Positions 13,036-24,163 of a stretch of DNA of 64,000 nt are shown here, piece after piece (the stretch's first letter is position 1; every line of letters begins with the position of its first letter). The notes under the pieces are model-generated. The model had not been told where the DNA came from, made no database searches, and saw only the letters and a program-made list of their open reading frames with translations. The position numbers were made by a program, and so were the translations under genes. This DNA comes from Octopus vulgaris (lineage: Eukaryota): the NCBI GenBank assembly GCA_951406725.2, contig OX597818.1, positions 70,866,001 through 70,930,000 of the forward strand, in the 5' to 3' direction.

Positions 13036-15499
13036 CAGTGATGCCTTGCAGTACGAGTTCAATTTGTTCCATGACCAAACTCATTTTACAAATCAGTTTC
13101 CCCCAGTGAAATTAACAAAAATATAATTAATCCATTCCAGCCCCTACAAGCCACCCAGAAATAATTTTTTATGGGTTTTAACACAGAAAAGGTGTAGTTA
13201 CAAGTAAAATGACAATTATAAAAAAAGAGAATGCAAAAGAAATATGTAAACTGGTTTTATTAACTGAATTACCTAAAAAATGGGACGATTTGTGCAAGAG
13301 GAAGACGATAGAGTGAGGAGGAGGATGACTGGAGAATCTCTTTCCATTCGGGTTTCAGGAAGAACAATTTCTGATGTTTTCTTTCTCACTTTGCTTAATT
13401 TAGGCTTTTTGGACACATTTTCTTTACTTTTTACCTTTGCAAGTTGCTTCGTTAGAAACATATCAAGGGAAGTCTGCTTTTTCCTGCCTTTCAAAATGCA
13501 GCAGAGCAGTGTCATTAAATAAACTAACTGCACGACCTGTAGCTATTTTTTCGGGATGATATTTTTCTACAAATTCAGAAACCTGCTGCTACTCTGCTGA
13601 CACTGCCTTTGTGTCACTTGCAGAGACAGCATTCTCTGCTACACTCATCCAAATGCATCCAAATGCTGCTGCCTCCAAAGCTGCAGGAGTTCCTCTGTCA
13701 TCAGCACCTCTGAGTGTTCCTCGACAAGATCGTTAATGTCCCCATCATCAATCTCAATGCCCATGGACTTACCAAGAGACTACAGGTGCCTCAGACTCAA
13801 ACTCCCCAAAGTCTCTTCCAGATATGCAGTCAGGACACAGTTTCCTCCATGCAAAATTCAGTGTTCTTCTCGTTACACCCTGCCAAGCCATATCAATGAT
13901 TTTCAGGTAGTTTACAATGTTATAGTACTCCATCCAAAACTCACGACGGGTTAGATTTGTATTTTCGGTGACTTCATTACACTGATGAAACAGGTGTTTG
14001 GTGTAGAATTTCTTGAAATTACAAATCACCTGTTGGTCCATGAGCTGCAAGATAAGGAAGGTGTTGTGAAAGGTACAGAAATTTTATAAATTTAAATTCG
14101 TCCAGAATATCATCTTCAAAGTTAGGAGGGTGAGCAAGAACATTGAGGATGAGGAGGGCCTTGAGAGGATGATTGTTCTCTAGAAAGTACTTTTCACTGC
14201 TGGTCCAAAGATAAGGTTGACCCTCTCGGAGAAGAATTGCCTGGTGACCCAGGCTTTAACGTTTGCCCTCCACATAACCTGCAGTGACAATTATTTTGCA
14301 TTTGGCACAATGAAAATATTCTTTACATTTAATGTTTTCGACAAAATGATGGAAACGCCTTGCATCATAGCCTCATCATTTTCTAATATCTATAAAATCG
14401 TCAAAGGATTGTCTATTTTTATGTCTTTTGATTTATTATTAGTGTTGCTTAACATGTTTTGTGTGATATGAATGCTCACAGGTTTTCAGAATGGTAGACA
14501 AAGAGTGGCTTAATCTTCTGGTTTTCACTTGCATTGGCACAAAGGGCGTAAGTTAGCCTATCTTTCATACGCTTGTGGCCTGGCATTTTCCCCCCTCTAC
14601 AGTTATGTCAGTTCTGGGCATTTTTTTCGAAAAAAAGGTCAGTTCATCACAGTTGAAAACCTGTTGTGTGATGTACCCCTCGGCAGTGATGAGCTGATGG
14701 AATTCAGCTCCCTGAAATATTCAGCTGCCTTTGTGTCAGAACTTGCTGCTTCTCCATATTTGATGACACTATGAACACCAGTCTTCTTGAAATTATAAAA
14801 CCAGACACAATTGGCTTTCAATGTTTCTGCTGATATCCCCTCCATCGATGTTCTAGTGTTCTGCATCAGGGGATCCCCATACAGCACTTGTGCTTTCTTG
14901 CAGATGAGGGTCTCCACAATTGTATCCCTTGTGAGTTGCTTCTTGTTGCTCCACAAGAGAAGCAATTTTTCCATCCTTTCATGGATAGAAGTGCATTGTG
15001 ATTAGATAGCCTGGAGACACCATTTGCTGTTGTAATGGCCTTGATCTCATCCTTTCTCTTCAGGACAGTGCAGGTCATTGACGTGCCTCGGTCATATTGA
15101 TGTGCTACGTCCACTACACTCACTCCTCTCTCATGTTTATCAACGATTTCCTTCTTCAGTTTTATCGTAATCAGCTTTTTTCTTCTTCTCAGTACTGTCC
15201 TTTGCACTCACCTTCTCAGGAGCCACGGCTAACACAACTAATTATTGTAGAATAATAGCAAAAATGCACAAAACTAAACAAAAACACTGGGTAAAACACA
15301 ACAGGGGATGCTGCCACAAGATAAACACATGAATTGAGTGAACGGAGGCTGCACTTGTTGGGAGAGTGTGTGCGAGTTCAGTTCCCGCCAGTGGCCACTT
15401 GTATGAAACTCATACTTCAAGACAAAAATTCACATGAGCCTCAGCTCATAACAGTAATTTACTCATATAGTGGTGCACTTGTACTGTGAGGTTTATTTA
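13036..15499 (-). mobile_element. Near-full-length Tigger/pogo DNA transposon fossil (disrupted transposase)
   Basis: Minus-strand frames give the CENP-B-type HTH (KKLITIKLKKEIVDKHERGVSVVDVAHQY), the second HTH (MEKLLLLW...GEAASSD) and DDE_1 motifs (KMPGHKRMKDRLT..CANAS, PLFVYHSEN, VMWRANVKAWVTRQFF, MDQQVICNFK). Degenerate TIRs cagtgatgccttgcagtacgagt (13036) / acttgtactgtgaggtttattta (15477-15499). Confidence 0.92.
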
Positions 15500-15585
15500 A
15501 GCTAGATCAGTATTGATTGAGTAGATCAATTATGAAAAATGTTCCAGACATGACCACCCCATCATTATTCCAACATAGTGTTATG

Positions 15586-15790
15586 ATCATCATCATCATC
15601 ATCATTTAATGTTTGTTTTCCATGCTGGCATGGGTTGGACTGTTTGGCAGGAACTGGCCAGCTGCAGCACTGCACCAGGCTCCCCTCATCTGTATTGGGA
15701 TGGTTTCTATAGTCAGATGCTCTTCCTAATGCCAACCACTTTACAGAGTGAGGCTTTTTATGTGGCACCAACACTGGTGCTTTTTCCATG
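15586..15790 (-). mobile_element. Short RTE LINE 3' terminal fragment
   Basis: (CAT)n tail followed by tttccatgctggcatgggttggac, the reverse complement of the RTE 3' end seen at 42700-42778. Confidence 0.75.
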
Positions 15791-17959
15791 TCACCATTGT
15801 ATCTCAGATTATTATATTTGTGTCTTTTTTATTTATTTTTGTTGTTGTTAAGATGCTTGGCTGGGATTAGAGAAAGATTTCTCTCAGGTTGTGTGATTAT
15901 GTCAAAGTTCCATTGTTGGCTTAAAATATTGCTTGATACAAAATGGAATTTTCATTTGTTACCAGCTCACACTCAAAGAAGACTGGAGAGAAATTATTCC
16001 CAAGTACATGTTCTAGTAAGAATAAATAAATAAAAAGGTGTGCAGTTGTTGGAACAGTAGAGGGTTAAAATGATTGTTTTTATCAGTTTCTCTCCTTGCT
16101 CTTTCTGTCTGCTAGCTTTTACTGTTACTGCATTAAGATTTAAAATTTCATAACTCTATTCCACTGGGATTAATAAAATAAATACTTTTCTAAGTACTAT
16201 TATGGGTTCTAGACTCTACTCTCGTTCTCACAAAAATCTCCCAGTTGCCTGACAGGCAATAAATGCATAGATAATATGCTTTCTTTATAGTTCAAAATTA
16301 CAATGTTTTCCTCCATTATTTTTTTATTATATTGATAGACACATATTTTAAATAGATTTAAAATGCATAAATTGATTTGAGTACGATCAAAATTATTCTC
16401 TTTCCGTACAGAATCCTGTCTCTATAATTACAAAGTCATCCTTTCCTTTTTGCGTTGCAGACAAATATTCAATGCTTTTTTTCTTCATCTTTCCTTACAT
16501 TTCTCGTTTTTATTTTCTCATCAAAGATATTCAAACTATCAAAGATACTTTTCTCACCTTACTGCACTTTTCAATTCCTTCTTCTCTTTTATTTCTACAC
16601 TTTAACACTCGAAATCATTTTCTTACAATTGTTTTCTTTTTTTCTTTTCTTTCTACTGAAAACTTTCCATGTTAGGGTTGAATTCATAGCAGTTACAGCC
16701 TTAGTGTCACATTTTATAAACCAATCTTGCGATAAGCAAGAGGAATCTCTACAATAAATACATATCGTCCTCTTCCTGTAGCATGGACCCTCAATGATCT
16801 TCATTCATCCCACTCCAGTGTGATTGAATGGAAGTGGCCAGCCATGAAGGAAAGTTGTCCCCCACACTTTTCTCACAGTGCATTCATAAAAGGAAACAGA
16901 GAAATAAATTAAACCCAGTTCCCGACTGGTACTTTATCAACCCTGAAAGAACGGAAGACAAAGGCGAGATTTATTTATTTTTTTTATCTTTTACTCATTC
17001 CAGTCATTGGATTGCGACCATGCTGGGGCACCATCTTGAAATGTTTGTTTTTTAAAGTCCAGTATTTATTATATCAGTCTCTTTTTGCTGAACCACTAAG
17101 TTATGGGAACATACCACCAGCTATAAGGCAGTGGTGAGGGAACAAAGATAACCCAACCACAAAGGCATACACACACACACACAATGAGCTTGCTTACAAT
17201 TTGCATCAATAACATTCCCTCACAAGGCTTTTGTCACTCTGGGACTATAGCAGAAGAAACTTGCTCAAGGTACTACACTGAATCCAAAAGTACGTGGCTG
17301 CAAGTCCAGCTTTTTAACCTCGCAGCCATGTTCCTAGATTTATGAGATTGAGATTACATTTAACATAAAGCTCGCATTGTAGGATTCTAGCATCAGTTGT
17401 CGATTGGGTGGTGGGAGGGTCATGATTTTGGTACCTTCTGCCAGTAATCATTCTTGCAACAATGTCAAATATTGAAGCAACCACCAAATATCTCAGTCCT
17501 TTTGGCCCATACTGTAGCATTGTTTTCTTTTCTCTTCCTGTCATCCAAACAGCCACTTTACCAAACTATATTCAGCTGAGTTGGGGTTAGGGTTAGAACC
17601 TTTACTACAATTTACTCTTTTGCAAGTATTTCACTAATGTGTAATACTTGAGTAGAGCTACCTTTCTATGATTTGCCAAAGTCTGGTACCTTGAAAACCA
17701 ATCTTGCGGCTGCCTTTCCTCTTCTCACTATGTTGTTTTGCTGCTTGTTCTCATTATTTGTCTTTCTGTGGTTGTGTGGGTGAGAACGTTACTTCCCAGC
17801 CACTTGATTTTGGGTTCAGCCCCACTGTTGTGCAGCTTGAGCAAATGTCTTCTACTATTGCCCCAGGCCAACAAAAGTCTTTTCAGTGGATTTGGTAGAG
17901 GGGAAACTAACAGAAGCCCATCGTGTGTGTGTGTATCAATACATGCATATACATTCATA

Positions 17960-18017
<58 letters not shown>

Positions 18018-18199
18018 CATATATATATAGAGAGAGATATGGATATATATAGATATAGATAATCTGGAACTCGACAGAGGAAAGAAAACTCCAAATGACC
18101 CGTCCTTGTTTTTTCTTGTCCCTTTTTTGTAGCAGCTGTCTGGATGCTTTGCATTCTTGTCCTATTTTTCGTATTCCTTTTTTCCTTTACATATACATA

Positions 18200-18232
<33 letters not shown>

Positions 18233-18309
18233 ACACATGTACGTATATATCACTGTAATAAACAAGTTTTGTAGATGTGCAATTCTCCATCTTTTATCTT
18301 AACGTTGTG

Positions 18310-18577
18310 TGTGTAAGTATGGGGTGGGGTGTATGAATGTATGAGTGTTTTCTTGTCTGGACATCACATGATAGTTGCAAATGAGTATCATCATCATATA
18401 ATCAGTGTCCTTTGTTTCCACTCTTCCATAAAAACATGTCTGGCCATGGAGAAATATCACCTTACTTGATACTAGGTGAAGGTTGGTGACAGGAAGGGCA
18501 GCCAACTGCAGAAAACCTCCCTCAACAAATTCCATCAGACCCAACCAAGCAAGGAAAAGTGGATGTTTTATAAACAT
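18310..18577 (+). mobile_element. SINE 3' part with RTE-like tail
   Basis: Body (gtgtcctttgtttccactcttcc...ggttggtgacaggaagggc) recurs at 33040-33195 and ends in an RTE-type ggaaaagtggatgtt terminus. Confidence 0.6.
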
Positions 18578-19246
18578 CATCATCATCGTTGTCGTTTAAC
18601 GTCTGTTTTCTGTGCTAGCACGGGTTGGATGGTTTGACCGGGGTCTGGGAAGCCAGGAGGCTGCACCAGGCTCCAGTCTGATCTGGCAGTGTTTCTACAG
18701 CTGGGTGCCCTTCCTAACACCAACCACTCCGTGAGTGTAGTGGGTGCTTTTTACATGCCACCGGCACAGGTACCAGGGGAGCCTGGCAGTGGCCACGATC
18801 GGTTGGTGCTTTTTACGTGCCACCGGCATGGAAGCCAGTCAAAGCGGCGCTGGCATCGGCCACATTCGGATGGTGCCTTTTACGTGCCACCGGCACAGGT
18901 ATCACAGCTACTATTTCCATTGATATTTATTTCGATGTTCATGTACTTGACTCAATAGGTCTCCTCAAGCACAGCGGGTTGTTCTGAAATCCAAGGTACT
19001 TTGAATGGGCTGGGGCTATGCAGAACTGGTGCAGGAAGCAGCCTGGGTCTTTGCAGTCACAGTATATCTCCAGAGATCTCGGTCCTTCGTCATTGCCTCT
19101 GTGAGGCCTAACGCTCTGAGGTCATGCTTGACTACCTCATCCCATGTCTTCCTGGGTCTACCTCTCTCCCTGATACCTTCAACTGTTTGGGAGCGGCACT
19201 TCTTCACACATCTTTCCTCATCCATCCGCAGTACATGACCATACCA
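18578..19246 (-). mobile_element. 5'-truncated RTE LINE (ORF2 C-terminus and 3' UTR)
   Basis: ORF 19016-19225 (ERGRPRKTWDEVVKHDLRALGL) matches the C-terminus of the 40974-41885 ORF. (CAT)n tail. Confidence 0.92.
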
Positions 19247-20137
19247 GATGCTGTATGTTCAAAGAAATTCTCTGACAACCAGGCCTGAGTTTTCCAGCTG
19301 GTGTGACATGGTGCAGGGTCTTGTTATCACACATACTGCCTCCCTGCAGCTACCAAATCAATTCAGAGCTTCTGTAGCTGTCAGTGTTCAGCCTAAGACT
19401 CTCAGAGAAGAAGTGGGGTGGCATGACATCACCTTACAACACTGAAGACCATGATTGTAGCTGGAAATTTTGTCTGCATGACTCTGGGCACATCCTTGGG
19501 CGAGACAGCTAAACACCTGTTGTTCTGAGAGATGATCTGATTTTGGCAGAAATTCTTCTCATCAAAGTACCACAGCAGGTCTTTCAACTTGTTGATGAGC
19601 TTCTTGGAATGCTCGAGTCACTTTTCCTGCCCTGCCTAGGACAGAAATTGCCCCTTCCATGTCTTGTATAAAAAGTAGTGAGTTTCCTTAGGCTCCACCA
19701 GCCCGATGTGCTTTTCATCCACATCTTTCTACCCTGCAATCAACACATTGACTTTTTGAGATCATAGCTGACGATCTCCTGGATTTCATCAAGGAATTCT
19801 GGCATTCACATGGCATCAGATCATCGATCATGGCTTTTCCTCTCTGCTGCCAACTTGTGGTCAAATTCTGAATCTTCCAACTCTTTCTGACCTTTTTCAC
19901 TGTCCTTCTGTTGACATTGAGGAAGTCTGAAATCTCCTTGTTTGTCCTTCTGGAATGGATTCCAAGGAGGATTCCATGCCTCTTCCATGCATTGGGGAGT
20001 TCAAAACTTTCTATAGCCAATTATTCTGCAACAAGATAAAATAAAAATGGTTATTTTTAAAAAGGAAATGAGAGTAAAAAAAATATGATTAAAATTAGTT
20101 GTCCAAAATTGCAAACAAATACCATCCGTACCCAGTG
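19247..20137 (-). mobile_element. DD37D (maT) mariner fossil, 3' end lost
   Basis: N-terminal HTH (ORF 19715-20020), then WYFDEKNFCQ, VPRVMQTKFPATIMVF and QDPAPCHTSWKTQAWLSENF. Terminus ta-cactgggtacggatgg at 20139 to 20122. Confidence 0.85.
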
Positions 20138-20351
20138 TATATATATTTTTTCATCTTTTCTTTTTTTTATTCTCTCTTTTATTTTATTTTATTCCTTTCT
20201 GGTGAAGAGTCAGGCTCAAAACATTAAAGATTTCTTCATTTTTCCCAAGCATCAAACTAATACACTTTCTTGCTGTTCATACACCTATCTTCATCTTTTG
20301 TTTTGCTATAAATTTCAGCTATGCATATATATATCACACACACATACTTTC

Positions 20352-20557
20352 TTTTATTCTTTTACTTGTTCCAGTCATTTGACCGCAGCCATGCTGGAGC
20401 ACTGTCTTTAGTCGAATACATCGACCCAAGGACTTATTCTTTGTAAGCCTAGTACTTATTCTATCAGCCTCTTTTGCCAAACTGCTAAGTTACAGGGACG
20501 TAAACACACCAACATTAGTTGTCAAGTGATGGTGGGCGGACAAACTCAGACATACAA

Positions 20558-20610
<53 letters not shown>

Positions 20611-20772
20611 ACAGGCTTCTTTCAGTTTCCATCAGCCAAATCCACTCACAAGGCTTTGGTTGGCCAAAAGCTATAGTAGAAGACACTTGCCTAAGGTGCC
20701 ACGCAGTGGGACTAAACCCAGAACCATGTGGTTGGGAAGCAAGCTTCTTACCACACAGCCACTCCTGCACCT
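20352..20772 (-). mobile_element. tRNA-derived SINE (family A) with internal microsatellite
   Basis: Head gtggctgtgtggtaagaagcttgcttcccaaccacatggttctgggtttagtccc has A/B-box-like motifs. Related copies at about 2995, 9760-10040, 16985-17330, 17760-17935, 30145, 31860, 33205-33625, 37065 and 47350. Confidence 0.8.
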
Positions 20773-20971
20773 ACATTTGTGTGTGTGTGTGTGTGTGACT
20801 GGCTTCTTTCAGTTTCCATCTGCAAAATCTACTCACAAGTCATAAAGTTTTAATTGGACATGGAGCTAAAGTGGAAAACTCTTGTCCAATGTACGGTGCA
20901 GTGGGACTGAACCTGAAACTGTATGGTTGAAAAGTAAACTTCCTACCAAACAATCATGCCTCCACTTACAA

Positions 20972-21012
<41 letters not shown>

Positions 21013-21589
21013 TATTTATGTATTTGTATATAATTATTCATTATTTTTAATGAAAAAAATCACTATTTGTGTCTCATCCTTTCAGAGTCAAGACAATAAA
21101 GTACCAGTCATGTACTGGAATTGACGTAATTGACTTGCCCACCCCACCCCCAGCTTGCTGGCCTTGGGCCTTAATCAGGAGTCATTATTATTAGTGCTAC
21201 AAGACTATATATATGTTCACACACACGCGCACGCACATAATTAACAGTTGGAAATATAAATAGATTAAATACCAACTTTCAGAATTTGGTTGAAGAATGC
21301 AGCAAGTTCCAAACATGACTATTTTCATGTGCGGTTAAAAGGATTTTGAGTTCAGAACAATGTTAGTTTGTTTCTGTAGATTTTTATTTCTTTACTTTAG
21401 TTTAGTTGGTGTAACATTGCACGTAAAGCTTTTGCTATCGTTAGTTGCCAACCTATATTTCTCTGTGTGACTGGTTCTTCACTCACACAACATGCGGCTA
21501 AATGGGACTTTTGTTGTGCTAGCTTTTCATTGGTTACATTGAAATTACTGGAGTCTGACCCAAGAAAGTATTTATTTTGTGAAGACAAG

Positions 21590-21900
21590 GAGGGAGGGAG
21601 TGAATCAAAGCAAGAGGGAGAGAGTGGGGGAGATGGAAGATTGATAACACAAGAGGGAAAGATAGTAAAAGAGGGAGATGGGGAATGGTGAGAGGAGAGA
21701 GCTGTAGGAAGGGAGGTTTAGGAATGAGAGAATGGTAACTGGGGAAGAAGAGAGGAAGTTATGGTAAGACGGAAAGAAGGAGAAGGTGAGAGAGGAGGGA
21801 GGAGGGAAATGGTAACAGAAGGAAGATAGTAAAGGAATATTAGAAGAATAGAGAGGCTGAAAAAGTGAGAACTAATAGGAGGGAGAAGAGCAGAGATAAA
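21590..21900. repeat. Purine (GA)-rich low-complexity tract
   Basis: Directly visible. Confidence 0.7.
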
Positions 21901-22020
21901 CAGACAAATATATGAATTGTAAAAATAAAGGAATAATGGTACTAATCTGCTGAGAGAAATTCGAGAGAGGATTAAGCAAACTATAAATAAGGGTTACTAA
22001 TTTATTCACAAGGCCAGCAA

Positions 22021-22945
22021 TTACGTCTGCTTTCCATGTTGGCATGGGTTGGATGGTTTGACTGGGGGCTTGCAAACCAGAAGGCTGCACCAGGCTCCAA
22101 TCCAATCCGGTAAGTTCTCTACAACTGGATACGCTTCTTAATGCCAACCACGCCAAGAGTGTAGGGAGTGCTTTTTAAATGCCACTGGCACAAGGGTCAG
22201 TCAGGCAGCACTAGTAATGATCATGCTTGAATGGTGGTTTTTACATTGCACCAGCACGGGACCAGTCAGGCAGCACTGGCATTGACCATGCTTGAATGGT
22301 GCTTTTTACATGCCACCGGCATGGGTGCCAACCAAGCGGTACTGTTATGGGCCATGACAACGACTTCACTTGCCTGAATAGGTCTTCATAAGCGCAGTTT
22401 ATTGCCCAATGATTGAAGGGTACTTTTAAATGGGCTGTTTAAGCTGCACTGGCAGCATAGGCCATGGTTATGGTCTCACTTGGCTTGCTGGGTCTTCTCA
22501 AGCACAGCATATCTCCAAAGGTCTCGGTCACTTGTCATTGCCTTGGTGAGGCCCAACATTTGAAGGTCATGCTTCAACACTTCATCCCAGGCCTTCCTGG
22601 GTCTTCCTCTTCCACAATTTCCCTCAACTGCTAGGGTGTGACACTTTTTTACACAGTTGTCCTCATTCATACGCAATACATGACCATACCAGTGCAGTCA
22701 TCTCTCTTGCACACCACATCTGATGCTTCTTCAATCCAACTTTTCTCTCAGAGTGCTTACACTCTGTTGTGTGTGCACACTGACATTACACATCCAGTGG
22801 AACATACTAACTTCATTCCTTACAAGCTTATGCATGTCCTCAGCAGTCATGGCCCATGTTTCACTGCCATGTAGTATATGGCTGTTTGCACACATGCATC
22901 ATATAGTCTACCTTTAACTCTGAGTAAGAAGCCATTTGTCACCAG
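22021..22945 (-). mobile_element. 5'-truncated RTE LINE
   Basis: ORF 22476-22676 (CGRGRPRKAWDEVLKHDL) and upstream ETWAMTAEDM are homologous to 41440-41885. Repeat-bearing 3' UTR. Confidence 0.9.
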
Positions 22946-23044
22946 TGTGTGTGTGTGTATTGTTTGTAGAAAACAAATCTGAAAGAAGGAGCACACTCTA
23001 AGATGTAGAGCAGTATATATTAAAAATGGGGAAGACTAGTTAAG

Positions 23045-23105
23045 GGGATTATGTTAGGTTTCCTGTCCATAAAGGGTTTAGCTTTATGGCATGTCATCAT
23101 ATCCC
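23045..23105 (-). ncRNA. Degenerate type I hammerhead motif
   Basis: gggat-ATGATGA-catgccataaag(ctaaacc)ctttatggacag-GAAAc...ATA-atccc. Stem I gggat/atccc and a long stem II are present; core C3 is mutated and stem III has decayed. Confidence 0.5.
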
Positions 23106-23123
23106 AAAAACCTGTTGGCCCAT

Positions 23124-23159
<36 letters not shown>

Positions 23160-23607
23160 GCATATGAATATGCTCAAACTTTATAAGTTCAACAGCAAAT
23201 CCTTGATTGAGAATCAGGTCAGGGTCAACTTTTGCTATTCATCTTTTTGAGAGTTGATAAAAAGATACCAGTTATCTGCTAGGTTCTGTTCAATTTACTG
23301 TTTCTCCCCTCCTCAGCCTGCACTGCATATTTAGGACTTGTGTCTCTACAATGTGAAATACTATAAAACAAAAGGCAGGGAAGTTTCCTCTAAACCAAGA
23401 TTGTCATGCTTTCAATCCCTGTAGATGCTTTTTCACTTTTTCACCCTCTTATGTTTCTGTTTCTAATGAGCCTTTGTGTTGGAATTATTTTCCTATAATT
23501 ATGATTTGAAAGGAATTTAACAAAATCTCACTCTCTCTCACTCTCTCTCTCTCCCCCTTTCTCTCCCTCTCTCTCTCTTTCTCTCTCTCCTTTTCTCTCC
23601 CTTTCTT

Positions 23608-23675
<68 letters not shown>

Positions 23676-23727
23676 TGTACTTGCATAGCAAGTGACTTGA
23701 TCTGAGATCGTGTGCTGGAACGAAAAC

Positions 23728-24010
23728 AATTGCAGCATGGAAGGTGTTTATAAGCCATTTAAGAAACACACAAAACCGTTAGATTCACTTCAACATTTAA
23801 ATTTAATTTGGCAAAATATTTTCATCACTTTGAGACCACGACCTGTTCACTGACAAAGCTTTATTGATGCAGCACGAAGCTTTGCCAGTGAATAGGTCGC
23901 GGTCTCAAAGCGATGAAAATATTTTGCCAAATTAAATTTAAATGTTGAAGTGAATCTAACGGTTTTGTGTGTTTCTTAAATGGCTTATAAACACCCTCCA
24001 CGCTGCAATT
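23728..24010. repeat. Long inverted repeat (134-bp arms, 15-nt spacer)
   Basis: 23728-23861 is the reverse complement of 23877-24010, with 6 mismatches by manual alignment. Confidence 0.95.
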
Positions 24011-24125
24011 TTTTATATATATATATAAACAGGAAAGTTTACGAAAATAAACAAAAGACGAAGGCAGGTGGAGTACAAACAAACAAATGTATTAGTATAG
24101 CGTTCAGGAATAGAAATAGAAAAAG

Positions 24126-24163
24126 TCTTTTACGTTTCGAGCCTACGCTCTTCGACAGAAAGA
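24126..24163 (-). ncRNA. Minimal type I hammerhead-like ribozyme (CUGUCGA core variant)
   Basis: tcttt-CTGTCGA-a-gagc(gtag)gctc-GAAA-cg-TA-aaaga. Stem I 5 bp, stem II 4 bp, loopless palindromic stem III (ACGU). A decayed paralog lies at 20195-20230 (+). Confidence 0.65.

Noticed and set aside
17583-17596. Telomere-like ggggttagggttag
   Set aside because: Only about two units; expected by chance.
23610-23675. (CT)n(AT)n(AG)n self-complementary tract
   Set aside because: A common compound microsatellite (also near 17960-18040); no evidence of function.
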